Shown piece after piece: positions 8,123-17,600 of a DNA stretch of 64,000 bases. Positions within the stretch are counted from its first letter, which is position 1. Each line of letters starts with the position of its first letter. Source of the DNA: an uncultured Candidatus Actinomarina sp. (GTDB lineage: Bacteria; Actinomycetota; Acidimicrobiia; Actinomarinales; Actinomarinaceae). The notes under the pieces are model-generated. The model did no database searches and was not told the origin of the DNA. It was given only the letters and a program-made list of their open reading frames with translations. Position numbers and translations under genes: made by a program. The stretch is taken from contig CACJIM010000005.1 in the NCBI GenBank assembly GCA_902593475.1, positions 116-64,115 on the forward strand, written 5' to 3'.

Positions 8123-11100
8123 TCATGAATTTTTACTCACCAATGGAATGCTTGCGAGTAAATCTGTAGGAATATCATCAACATAACCTTCATACTCTCC
8201 ATATGAGCTTAATAAGTCTGCCTGCACTCCTTCATCGGGGAAAATGACATCAAAAATATTTGGATGATTTACAACATTTGGAGCTCCACCACCTCTGTAC
8301 TGTTCCGCTGACGGATTGATTTCTCTAATTCTTGATCCATTTGGACCATAGCCATCTTGAGACATCATAACTACTCCATAGTGCCATTCTTCAGGATTTC
8401 CACCGCCAAGCTGGTTGTCAATATCAAGCTTTACAACTATTACACCTTTGTCTGGTACAACGACAATATCAAATTGATTAGTCACTAATTCAGACTCTCC
8501 ACTTGGAAGAGACTTCCAAATCTGTGGTTCCCATCCCTCTATTACAATATGATATTCCCAACCAGAACCATCTGGCATTTTTGCAAACCTATAGTTACCT
8601 AACTGTTTTACTCCAGTGTCAGATCCAAAGTCTTTATCAATATACACGTCAATAGTTTGAACAGATAGACTCCTTGGAGATCCCCACGGGTTTTTTACAG
8701 CACTTAAAATATCAAAATTCATAACAAGACTTCCATCCGCAATGCCTGCTGAAAATCCTTCAAAATCATAACTTCCAGGTATAAATACACCATCTGTTGG
8801 ATAGGTGTATGAACCTTCTCCATAATCATCTTTAATTGGATCTTTTATATCTATAAAGAGTTCAACATTTGATACTTCAGGTACAAAAAGTGCCAAAGGT
8901 CTTGAAGGCTCAACAAAACCATTGAATATGTCTGAATAAAGTCTAAGTTTGATTTTATCGCCAAAGCTAAGTGAGCCGAGTTCACCTAATGGTATCTTTA
9001 AGTAAAGTTCATTACCTGATGCAGAAACCTCTGTAGTTTCTTTTGTTAAGCACTCAGTTGAGAAAGTTGCTTCTTTAACACTTCCTTCATTAGGTAAATC
9101 TCTTTTAGTGCATGTAAAGTATGAACTATTTTTAAGTTTTTCACCACTGTGAAAAATTGCCTGTGTTGTTTCAATTCCTAAAAATTCCTGACTAGAAGCT
9201 TCTCCATCTTTAAATGGAACAGAAGATCTTCTAATCTTTGTTCTTGATGGACTTTCTAAATAAATATCTAAATCGATGTTTTTCCAAGGTTCTGCTTCTT
9301 GCATTGTGGAAGAAGATTTTTGAATAGCAACATACAAGTGCTCATCTGAGAATCTATATTTAATTTTTGAAATTATATCTGAAGTCTCGATCACTCCAGC
9401 ATCATTCCAAATATTAGAGTTCGTAGTTCCATTAATCAGTAATGCCTGGTTTGAAGTCAAAATGGAGTCTGATTGTTTATCAAACAATTGAGCTGAAGGT
9501 GAGATAATTGGAATATCAAGATAAGCTGGTGGCTTTTCTCCAAGTGACGAATAAACATTTTTTAGAAGATTTCTAAATGCTGAACCAAAATAATCATCAT
9601 TTCCACTCGATTGATCACTACCGTACCACCAAAACCAGTCCGAACCTTCAGCAAGTAACATATAATCAAATGCTTGCTCAAGTTGTTTTTCTGTATAACT
9701 ATCAGATGCATTTGCCCTGTCATAAAAGGCTCTTGTTTTTTGTAAGTAATCCCATGCGTACGTCTCTTCTGTCTCACCAATCCAGGTAGCAAAATTTGGT
9801 TGGAACCATGAGGCAGGGAATACTCTTTCTAATTTTTCAATTTGGGGTCCATATTTTTCAATATATTCAGTTGGTGTAGTTGTTTTAAGCCAATCTGTTG
9901 TAGTGAGTGTTTCGTACATTAGGCTAAGGAAATCTATACCATCATTTTGATAATGCTCCCATGCATTTTCGCCATCTAAAACAATTGAGACCACAAGTGG
10001 TCTATCCAACGTTGTGCTAACTTCTCTAGCAGCTTCAAGTGCTTTCATCATATCTGCCACTGCCATCTCAGGTGACATTCCACTATAGGTAAATCCGACT
10101 TGATCGGAAATAGATAGATCTCTAAAGAAAATAGCTACATCATCTTGTCTATTTAGCTGTCCGTACCAGGGTGTATAAAGTACTTCAGGGTTAGTAACTA
10201 TGCCCTCTGTGTTTCTTTTAAATGTTGGAATATCTAAAGATTTTGATAGAACATGTTCACCAGTAGCAATCCACTTAACCCCTTCTTTTGCAAACATACC
10301 TAATACTTCTTGGGATACCGCACCTTCTGCTGGCCACATTCCAGTTGGTCTCTGTCCTAAAAGTTTCTCAGCTAAATCCAAGCCTTTCTCAACCTGAATC
10401 GCAGCATCTGTTGGTTTGTTAAATCTATTTGTTGGAAGCTCTGCTCCTATATCGCCAACTGCTGCCAAGTTTGTATCAAAAATTAATGGAAGGATTGGGT
10501 GAGCGTAAGGTGTGGTTGTTATTTCAATCTGACCAGTTTTCCATAGCTCAGCATGAGTTGGAATAACTTTATCTATCAGTTTTGAATGCTCATTTAGAAG
10601 AACGAATTTATCATCTTCGGAATAATTTCTTCCTTTACTTACTAGTCCTTTTAAAGGTTCTTGGGCTAAATATTTAGGATCCGTCCAAGCTAAATTGAAC
10701 ATAATTTGTAAATCAAGAAAATCTTGTGATGTCCAAGAAGACCAACTCTGATTGTTATTCCTTAGTTCAACATATCTAGGGAATCTTGCAATGACTTTTG
10801 GATTTGTATCAAAAAACCTCGACACAATAAAAGCTTTGTCGTCATCAGATAATTTGTCTGAATCAATCTCCGTATAAAACCAATACAAATCTTTTGCGCC
10901 ATTTGAAAAATCTTCAAGCTGTCTGAGAAGTACTGGGGTCAAGTTAAAAGTAGCTTTTAAGTCTGGATAATCTGCAACTAACTCCACCATATCTAGATAA
11001 TCTTTAGTTGCGTGAACCCTTACCCATGGCCTGGTGTAATAGCCATCACTATTTTTGGTATAAAAAGGTTGGTGTTGATGCCACATTAACATTACATAAA

Positions 11101-11233
11101 GTTCTGGTTCGGTTTCTTTAATTTCTTCTATTGGTTGAGAAGTAGTTGTAGTTGTTTCATCTAATTCATCGACAGAAGAGGTATCTCCACAAAAGATAAA
11201 AAATATTAAAAATAAAACAATGAATTTTTTCAT
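8123..11233 (-). CDS. GH57-family alpha-glucan-active enzyme (amylase/amylopullulanase-like) lipoprotein with glucodextranase-like C-terminal module
   Basis: Lipobox 'FIFC'. GH57 motifs 'MWHQHQPFY', 'TTPYAHPILPLI', 'WPAEGAVSQEV' and 'VLDGENAWEHY'. C-terminal 'DDYGEGSYTYPTDGVFIPGSYDFEGF'. Confidence 0.85.
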   Translation of the reverse strand: MKKFIVLFLIFFIFCGDTSSVDELDETTTTTSQPIEEIKETEPELYVMLMWHQHQPFYTKNSDGYYTRPWVRVHATKDYLDMVELVADYPDLKATFNLTPVLLRQLEDFSNGAKDLYWFYTEIDSDKLSDDDKAFIVSRFFDTNPKVIARFPRYVELRNNNQSWSSWTSQDFLDLQIMFNLAWTDPKYLAQEPLKGLVSKGRNYSEDDKFVLLNEHSKLIDKVIPTHAELWKTGQIEITTTPYAHPILPLIFDTNLAAVGDIGAELPTNRFNKPTDAAIQVEKGLDLAEKLLGQRPTGMWPAEGAVSQEVLGMFAKEGVKWIATGEHVLSKSLDIPTFKRNTEGIVTNPEVLYTPWYGQLNRQDDVAIFFRDLSISDQVGFTYSGMSPEMAVADMMKALEAAREVSTTLDRPLVVSIVLDGENAWEHYQNDGIDFLSLMYETLTTTDWLKTTTPTEYIEKYGPQIEKLERVFPASWFQPNFATWIGETEETYAWDYLQKTRAFYDRANASDSYTEKQLEQAFDYMLLAEGSDWFWWYGSDQSSGNDDYFGSAFRNLLKNVYSSLGEKPPAYLDIPIISPSAQLFDKQSDSILTSNQALLINGTTNSNIWNDAGVIETSDIISKIKYRFSDEHLYVAIQKSSSTMQEAEPWKNIDLDIYLESPSRTKIRRSSVPFKDGEASSQEFLGIETTQAIFHSGEKLKNSSYFTCTKRDLPNEGSVKEATFSTECLTKETTEVSASGNELYLKIPLGELGSLSFGDKIKLRLYSDIFNGFVEPSRPLALFVPEVSNVELFIDIKDPIKDDYGEGSYTYPTDGVFIPGSYDFEGFSAGIADGSLVMNFDILSAVKNPWGSPRSLSVQTIDVYIDKDFGSDTGVKQLGNYRFAKMPDGSGWEYHIVIEGWEPQIWKSLPSGESELVTNQFDIVVVPDKGVIVVKLDIDNQLGGGNPEEWHYGVVMMSQDGYGPNGSRIREINPSAEQYRGGGAPNVVNHPNIFDVIFPDEGVQADLLSSYGEYEGYVDDIPTDLLASIPLVSKNS

Positions 11234-11238
11234 CTAGA

Positions 11239-12642
11239 TTATTTTAAAGGTTCGAGTTTAGCTGTAAAGTGTCTAAGTAATTTTGGTTGTTCAAGAATCT
11301 TATATCCTTTTAACTTATCTTTTTTCTCAGCTAACTTTTCTAAAACTTCAGCAACATAATCAAAATGACTTTGTGTGTATGTCCTTCTTGGAGCAGCAAG
11401 TCGAACAAGTTCATGTGTTGCAGGTGTATCGGGTTTCCCATTTTCATTTGCAACACCAAAGGCAAGCGTTCCCAATTCGACAGCTCTCACACCACCAATT
11501 AAGTAGATTTCACAGGCAACAGAGTGCCCAGGGTATTCATGAGGTGGAATGTTTGGTAAAAAAGTTTTTGCATCAATATATAACGCGTGACCACCTGCAG
11601 GTTGAACAACAGGTATGTCATAACTCAATGCTTTTTCAGCTAAATAGGATATTGACCTCGCACGATATTCTAAGTAGTTCTTATCAGTTATCTCTTTAAG
11701 ACCTTGTGCTAAAGCATCTAAATCTCTACCTGCTAATCCCCCATATGTCGGAAACCCCTCAGTAAGAATTAATAAATTTCTTGCAGCCTCTGCCATAGCA
11801 TCATCATTGAGTGCAAGAACTCCACCAATATTGCCGAATCCGTCTTTTTTCAAACTAATTGTGCAACCATCAGCAAGTCGAAAAGCTTCTTTTGCTATTT
11901 CTCTTATCTCAACATCTTTATACTCTTCTTCTCGCTGTGAGACAAACCACGCATTTTCTGCAAATCTACATGCATCAAGTAAAAACATCTTATTGTATTT
12001 TCTACAAAGCTCTTTAACTTTTTTTAAGTTATCCATCGAGACAGGTTGGCCACCGCCTGTATTGTTTGTAATTGTCATTAATACAAATGGAATTTTGTTA
12101 CTATCAGGTCCTTTCAAAAGTTCTTCTAATTTTTCTAAATCAACATTCCCTTTAAAAGGTGCGGGAGATAAAAGGTCTAAGCCCTCCTCACAAAGAAGAT
12201 CTATAGGATTTGACTGTGCAAATTCAAAGTTCGCTCTTGTAGTATCAAAGTGGCTATTGCTTGGAATAATGTCGCCTTCCTTAACGCTAATTGTTGCAAG
12301 AATTTTTTCACTTGCTCTACCTTGATGTGTTGGAATAATATGTTTGTACCCAGTGATTTCAGAAAGCACTTCATGAAATCTCTGCCATGAATGTGACCCT
12401 GCATAGGATTCGTCTCCACGCATTATTGCTGCCCACTGTTCTGATGACATCGACCCTGTACCCGAATCAGTGAGTAGGTCTATGGTTACCTCTTGTGATT
12501 TCAGTCCAAAAACATTCCAATGTTCTCTCTCAAGAAATTCTCTTCTCTCTTGTTCTGTTGTAATAGGTAGAGATTCAACAGATTTTATTTTAAAAGGCTC
12601 AATGATTGTTTTAAACTCCATAGACAAATTGTAACTAATCAT
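11239..12642 (-). CDS. Beta-eliminating lyase: tryptophanase / tyrosine phenol-lyase family (PLP)
   Basis: Near full-length motif agreement with TnaA/TPL: 'EPFKIKSVE', 'IDLLTDSGTGSMS', 'IPTHQGRASE', 'GGQPVSMDNL', 'ISLKKDGFGNIGG' (PLP Lys) and 'LLRHFTAKLEPL'. The true start may be the internal Met at 12621 (MEFKT..). Confidence 0.9.
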   Translation of the reverse strand: MISYNLSMEFKTIIEPFKIKSVESLPITTEQERREFLEREHWNVFGLKSQEVTIDLLTDSGTGSMSSEQWAAIMRGDESYAGSHSWQRFHEVLSEITGYKHIIPTHQGRASEKILATISVKEGDIIPSNSHFDTTRANFEFAQSNPIDLLCEEGLDLLSPAPFKGNVDLEKLEELLKGPDSNKIPFVLMTITNNTGGGQPVSMDNLKKVKELCRKYNKMFLLDACRFAENAWFVSQREEEYKDVEIREIAKEAFRLADGCTISLKKDGFGNIGGVLALNDDAMAEAARNLLILTEGFPTYGGLAGRDLDALAQGLKEITDKNYLEYRARSISYLAEKALSYDIPVVQPAGGHALYIDAKTFLPNIPPHEYPGHSVACEIYLIGGVRAVELGTLAFGVANENGKPDTPATHELVRLAAPRRTYTQSHFDYVAEVLEKLAEKKDKLKGYKILEQPKLLRHFTAKLEPLK

Positions 12643-12657
12643 TTTTTAGATATCATA

Positions 12658-13140
12658 ATGTCTATGGTGGAAATTCATAATTCTGTTGCAAAAATCTATG
12701 AAGAGAATAAAGACACTCTTGAAATATTTGAATGCTTAGATGAATTTTCTGATACACAAAACTTTTGCGATCATTATGGTTTTGATATTGAAGATTCCTG
12801 TAATGCAATTTTAATTAAAGCAAAAAAGCCGGAAGAGTTTTACGCCATGTTTTGTGTTTTGGGTGCAAACAGATTAGATGTAAACCATAAAGCTAAAGAG
12901 GCTATGGGAGCAAAAAGAGTTAGTTTTGCCTCAAGAGAAGAAGCTGAAGCTGTGACTGGTCAAATTTATGGGGGAATTAGTCCATTGGGATTGCCTGAAA
13001 ATATTAAGGTTTACATGGATAAAAATGTAACTGATCGTGAAAAACTCTTTATTGGAGCAGGAAATAGAGTCTCTAAATTTTTTCTTTCGCCAGAAACTTT
13101 AATCCAGTTATCTAGTGCTACGGTACTAGATTTAACCTAG
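12658..13140 (+). CDS. YbaK/ProX-type aminoacyl-tRNA editing (deacylase) domain protein
   Basis: 160 aa with 'IYGGISPLGLP' (cf. GG.SP.G) and typical size. Confidence 0.6.
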   Translation: MSMVEIHNSVAKIYEENKDTLEIFECLDEFSDTQNFCDHYGFDIEDSCNAILIKAKKPEEFYAMFCVLGANRLDVNHKAKEAMGAKRVSFASREEAEAVTGQIYGGISPLGLPENIKVYMDKNVTDREKLFIGAGNRVSKFFLSPETLIQLSSATVLDLT

Positions 13141-13575
13141 ACCAGTTCGACATAAACTTGCAGCTTGAGGAAGTAAAGCTTTACCATTAAATCCAGGAAG
13201 CCTGCCACCTTGAAGATAGGTTTTTAAACTTCCTTTTATGTTTTCAAATTCTTCTGGGTCTAGCTTTTGTGGTTCAAGCAACACTTGGAGATTATCTGGT
13301 AAACGTTCCTCTAAAAACTCTCTTTGGACACTATCTAGTTCATCTACATACTCTGATAAAAGATTAAGGGTTATTTCATAACTATCAATTACTTCAATAC
13401 AGTTTTCATACTCTATTTTAGAAAGTGGGCTGGTGTCTACTTCATAGTCTGCCCTGTATTGAAAAAACAATATAAGAGTTACAAAAATTAACAATGTATA
13501 AAGTAAAAATTTAAACGGAAGTAAAACAATTTTTTTCACAGGCCATAGTACAAATTTAAAAAGTCTTTTAATCAT
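13132..13575 (-). CDS. Hypothetical membrane-anchored protein
   Basis: 147 aa with an N-terminal hydrophobic helix. No family motif. Confidence 0.45.
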   Translation of the reverse strand: MIKRLFKFVLWPVKKIVLLPFKFLLYTLLIFVTLILFFQYRADYEVDTSPLSKIEYENCIEVIDSYEITLNLLSEYVDELDSVQREFLEERLPDNLQVLLEPQKLDPEEFENIKGSLKTYLQGGRLPGFNGKALLPQAASLCRTGLG

Positions 13576-13582
13576 GTAGTTT

Positions 13583-14377
13583 TTAGTTTAATGCTATTAC
13601 GAGACACTGGCATGCACCGCCAGATTTTAGAAACTCAGATACATTGGCTACCTCAGCGTTAAGACCAAGTTCCTCTACAGTTCTAATTGCCTCAATATCT
13701 TCTGAAGGAAATATGACTGTGTTATTTATTACAACTGCATTACAAGCCAACTGGTTTGCATCGTGCTCTGAGACAGGAATAAGGTTAAATAAACTTTCAA
13801 ATGCACTTAATGATTGATCTTTAAAAGCCTCTGGATAAAATATGGCATCTCCAGTTGGAAATTGTTGAAAACAAGTATCTAAATGATAAAACTTTTCTTG
13901 AGCTAGCTCAACAATGATTGGTTCTAGTTGAAATTCTTCTGCAATAAAAAGCAGAGCTTCTTTGTCACTTCGAATGCCGTAAGACCCAACTAAGTAATCG
14001 CCATAAACAAAAGCATCGCCTCTACCCTCGAATTTAAACTCTGAAGGTATTCGTCCAACACTATAGCCATTATCGCTAAACCAGTTCATATATAAATCTT
14101 CTTCACCACGTCTTTCTTCATATTTGAAATTAGCGATAAGAACATTTTTATCATTTATTATTCCTGAATTTGCTGTAAATACTAGATCTGGATATTCCTC
14201 AGATGGAGGTACTACTTTTACTTCTGCTCCTGCTTTTTCAATTGTAGATTTTAAATTATTCCACTGATCTTTTGCCAAATTTAAATCAACAGTTACACCA
14301 GCAACCATCCAGGGATTAATAGAGTACTCTACTTTGAAAAAATCGGGTGAACTCATGAGAATTTGTTTTTGGCTCAT
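13583..14377 (-). CDS. Amidinotransferase / DDAH-fold (guanidino-group modifying) enzyme
   Basis: 264 aa with a 'HLDT' motif and the C-terminal catalytic-Cys motif 'SGGACQCLV', typical of this superfamily. Confidence 0.6.
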   Translation of the reverse strand: MSQKQILMSSPDFFKVEYSINPWMVAGVTVDLNLAKDQWNNLKSTIEKAGAEVKVVPPSEEYPDLVFTANSGIINDKNVLIANFKYEERRGEEDLYMNWFSDNGYSVGRIPSEFKFEGRGDAFVYGDYLVGSYGIRSDKEALLFIAEEFQLEPIIVELAQEKFYHLDTCFQQFPTGDAIFYPEAFKDQSLSAFESLFNLIPVSEHDANQLACNAVVINNTVIFPSEDIEAIRTVEELGLNAEVANVSEFLKSGGACQCLVIALN

Positions 14378-14421
14378 ACTGATATTTTACATTTTTATAC
14401 ATTAAATGTATATTCCTAGAT

Positions 14422-14943
14422 ATGAAAGATTATTTGTTTTCCCCAATTAATAGTGACTTTGTTGCGCAATGCCATGAATTAAACGAGAAAAATGTTCCTA
14501 ACGTTGGCACAAAATCCTTAGATGGATTTATTAATCTTGTAGAAAACTCTGATTACAACGAATGCATACTAAAAAACAATGAAGTTGTAGGATATGTAGT
14601 TTGTTTTCAAGATAATGAAAGCACTATTGACTACATGCATGAGATAAAACATAAAAACTTTAACGAGATTGAAAATAGAGTAAGTAATTTTTTATATATT
14701 GATAGAGTTGCAGTTGATAATGAACATAGAAAAAATAAACTGGGCACATCTCTTTATGAAAACACTCTTAATTTTGCGAAAGAAAATTTTATTAAACATT
14801 TAACAGCGGAGATAAATCTTCTTCCTTCTATAAATGAAGCTTCATTCAAATTCCATAAGTCTTTTGGATTTAATGAAATACAAACTGTTAAATATTCTGA
14901 AGATTATGAGGTCTCATTACAAAAGCTAATAATAAATAGTTAG
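14422..14943 (+). CDS. GNAT-family N-acetyltransferase (probable)
   Basis: 'IDRVAVDNEHRKNKLGTSLYE' matches GNAT motif A (R/Q-x-x-G-x-G/A). Confidence 0.55.
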   Translation: MKDYLFSPINSDFVAQCHELNEKNVPNVGTKSLDGFINLVENSDYNECILKNNEVVGYVVCFQDNESTIDYMHEIKHKNFNEIENRVSNFLYIDRVAVDNEHRKNKLGTSLYENTLNFAKENFIKHLTAEINLLPSINEASFKFHKSFGFNEIQTVKYSEDYEVSLQKLIINS

Positions 14944-14952
14944 AATAAATCT

Positions 14953-15234
14953 ATGCAATTTGATTTACCTAGACGTCAGAGAAAAAGTTTTAAAGTTATT
15001 ACAAAAACTGCCTTATCAGATAAATTAAATAAAGAACAAGCAATAGAGGTTTTCAATAAGATTAAAAAAGAATATGAAAACTCACCTAATACTTTTGGTT
15101 CCTCTTCAGGAAAAAAAGAATCTGTAATGGAGTTATTAGTTATAGTGGGTAATCAAATTGCAGGTGAATATAAAGATTGTGAAATTTCAATCAAACAAGG
15201 TGTTCCAGAAATTAATAAAATTAAATCTCAATAG
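14953..15234 (+). CDS. Hypothetical small protein
   Basis: 93-aa ORF, tightly packed between neighbours. No motif. Confidence 0.4.
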   Translation: MQFDLPRRQRKSFKVITKTALSDKLNKEQAIEVFNKIKKEYENSPNTFGSSSGKKESVMELLVIVGNQIAGEYKDCEISIKQGVPEINKIKSQ

Positions 15235-15836
15235 TGCAACTTCAATCACTAACTATCGAATTTATTCTTCTCCAAATTAGTGTCGCTTTTAGCCCAGGAC
15301 TAATTATTGCTTTGGTTGTTAATGAAGCAGTGCAAAAAGGAAGAAAAAATGCTCTTCAAGTTGCTTATGGTGCAGCAGCTGGTGCTATCGGAATAACCAT
15401 AATCACTGCTGCCGTCATTACTTACATCTTTTCATTAATTCCTGAGATACTCACTTTTATTTATATTTTTGGAATAATTTATATTGTTTATAAAGGAATC
15501 AAAACCATACAAGACAAAGGAGAGAGTCCTAAAGTCCTTGGCTCAGCATCTTTTTTGTCAGGATTTAAGATTAACCTTGCTAATCCAAAGATGTGGGTTT
15601 TCTATTTGTCTGTATTGCCTTTGTTTATAACAGATGAATCTAATATTTTTTCTTCTCTTATTTATCTTGGAATTGTGACAATATTTATTAATCTTTTTGC
15701 CGACATCTCATATGCTTTACTGAGTAGTTATTTATTCAATAATTCAACAACAAAAGTAAAAAGGTACATAAATATAATCAGCGGTGTCTGTTTGATTGGA
15801 ATTGGTATCTATTTATTCTTCAGTAGATTTATCTGA
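15234..15836 (+). CDS. LysE/RhtB-family amino-acid exporter
   Basis: 200 aa, about 6 TM, N-terminal 'FSPGLIIALVVNEAVQKGRKNAL..AYGAAAG' pattern, GTG start. Confidence 0.7.
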   Translation: MQLQSLTIEFILLQISVAFSPGLIIALVVNEAVQKGRKNALQVAYGAAAGAIGITIITAAVITYIFSLIPEILTFIYIFGIIYIVYKGIKTIQDKGESPKVLGSASFLSGFKINLANPKMWVFYLSVLPLFITDESNIFSSLIYLGIVTIFINLFADISYALLSSYLFNNSTTKVKRYINIISGVCLIGIGIYLFFSRFI

Positions 15837-16778
15837 ATCGTCAGAAGTTTTAGCTGAATCATCAGATTTCTCATCTTTAAAGAGTTCTGAAATTGCACCT
15901 ATGCTTCCAAGAGTGGCTGATAAATCCGCCGGTAAGAAAATCTTTGTAGCATTACCATCAGCGACTTTTTCAAGTGACTCTAAATACTTAATTGCAATTA
16001 GATCATTTGTTGGGTCACCTTTGTGTATTGCTGCAAAAACTTTTTCTATTGCTTCAGCTTCACCTTCAGCAATTGCAATTTTTTCATATTTTTGTGCATC
16101 AGCAACTTCCTTGAGAGCTTCTGCTTCACCAACTGCATCCAAAACTTGAGATTCTTTTCTTCCTTCTGCGGTAAGAATTGCTGCTCTCTTTTCACCTTCA
16201 GCTTCTGTAACTACAGCTCTTCTGTCTCTTTCAGCTTTCATAACTTTGTTCATAGCATCTTGAACATCTTGTGGTGGATCGATTCTCTGAATCTCAACTC
16301 TGACAACTCTTGTTCCCCATTTGTCAGTTGCTTCATCGAGAATAAGCTTTAGCTGAGTGTTAATAGTCTCTCTTGAGGTTAATGCAGCATCTAACTCTAA
16401 GTCACCAACAACATTTCTTAAGTTTGTTTGTGCTAATTTTGTAGCAGCTTGAATAAAGTCCCCAACATTATAAACAAGCTTTTTTGGATCAGTTGGTTCA
16501 TAGTAAATAATTGCATCAACTGTTATAGTTACATTGTCTTTTGTAATAACTTCTTGAGGAGGAACATCGATTACTTGCTCTCTCATATCTACAATGATTA
16601 TTCTCTCTAAACCGGGTATAACAATATTTAGTCCAGATTTTGCCTCTCTATGAAACTTACCTAATCTTTCAACAAGTCCAGTCTCGAAAGGTCTAATAAT
16701 TCTGAATATTCTAAATAATACAACCCCGAGTAGTGCAATTATGACTACCCATCTAACTATTCCAAATATAATTTCCAT
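15813..16778 (-). CDS. SPFH/band-7 (stomatin/prohibitin-like) membrane scaffold protein
   Basis: N-terminal TM, then the SPFH core ('LERIIIVDMREQVIDVPPQEVITKDNV', 'RVEIQRIDPP') and an Ala/Glu-rich coiled-coil tail. Confidence 0.9.
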   Translation of the reverse strand: MEIIFGIVRWVVIIALLGVVLFRIFRIIRPFETGLVERLGKFHREAKSGLNIVIPGLERIIIVDMREQVIDVPPQEVITKDNVTITVDAIIYYEPTDPKKLVYNVGDFIQAATKLAQTNLRNVVGDLELDAALTSRETINTQLKLILDEATDKWGTRVVRVEIQRIDPPQDVQDAMNKVMKAERDRRAVVTEAEGEKRAAILTAEGRKESQVLDAVGEAEALKEVADAQKYEKIAIAEGEAEAIEKVFAAIHKGDPTNDLIAIKYLESLEKVADGNATKIFLPADLSATLGSIGAISELFKDEKSDDSAKTSDDSDKSTEE

Positions 16779-16787
16779 ATTTTAAGT

Positions 16788-17222
16788 TTAACCTTCCTTC
16801 GTTTGTACTTCTAATTTAGTTCCATTTACACTTGTAACTTTTACCTCTGATCCTGCTGGAATTCTTTTATCAAGTGAAACTACTTGCCAGTCATCTCCAT
16901 AAACATGCTGCAGGGTTGATTCATACACATCCAACTCTTCTGTTGTAACAAAAGTCATGCCTATATATTTATTTGCTCCTTCAGTAAAGCTTGTACTTGT
17001 TTTCTTATCTTTGTTTCTGGGTCCAAAAACTTTTACTGATAAATACACCCCAACTAGGCTAAACACAATAAACGTAGAAAGCTGAATATTTTGACTATCT
17101 GTGAATAAAGAAGCTATCCCAGCGAAAAAAGATCCTATGGCAAAAGGAAGTATAAAAAATGTTGGAACTAAGAGTTCTGCCAATAATAGAACGGCTGCTG
17201 CAATAAACCAGATTTGTGTCAT
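16788..17222 (-). CDS. NfeD-family membrane protein (stomatin operon partner)
   Basis: 144 aa: 3 TM plus a C-terminal OB-like beta domain ('WQVVSLDKRIPAGSEVKVTSVNGTKLEV'). Classic NfeD-SPFH gene pair. Confidence 0.8.
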   Translation of the reverse strand: MTQIWFIAAAVLLLAELLVPTFFILPFAIGSFFAGIASLFTDSQNIQLSTFIVFSLVGVYLSVKVFGPRNKDKKTSTSFTEGANKYIGMTFVTTEELDVYESTLQHVYGDDWQVVSLDKRIPAGSEVKVTSVNGTKLEVQTKEG

Positions 17223-17231
17223 AATGACAAT

Positions 17232-17600
17232 CTAATTATCTTGATCTTCCTTTTCAAGCTGTTCTTGCTCAAACCTGTTAAGAGCTAATAAAAACATTAC
17301 AAAAAGAATTCCAGAACCAACTAAGAAAGTTAATGGAATAATTCTTATTTCGAATGCATTTAAACCATCTATGTTTGCTGGAGCTGGGCCACGTGGAGCA
17401 TAAAGGATGAAGAAAATTGAATTAATAACTCCCCAGCCAAATATTGCAGCTCCAGTGATTAAAAAACCTAATCTCTTTCCAACATTTGTAGCGTTTAACA
17501 AAAAAGTAGATCCAGCAAATGTGATTATCGAACCTATGAACATGAGTATTCCAGTAACTAATAAGTTAGAGGACAAAAGTGATCTCATTATTTCACGCAT
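17232..17600 (-). CDS. Small polytopic membrane protein, last gene of the Rieske/cyt b cluster
   Basis: 122 aa, about 3 TM, 8-nt overlap with the cytochrome c gene. No family motif. Confidence 0.55.
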   Translation of the reverse strand: MREIMRSLLSSNLLVTGILMFIGSIITFAGSTFLLNATNVGKRLGFLITGAAIFGWGVINSIFFILYAPRGPAPANIDGLNAFEIRIIPLTFLVGSGILFVMFLLALNRFEQEQLEKEDQDN

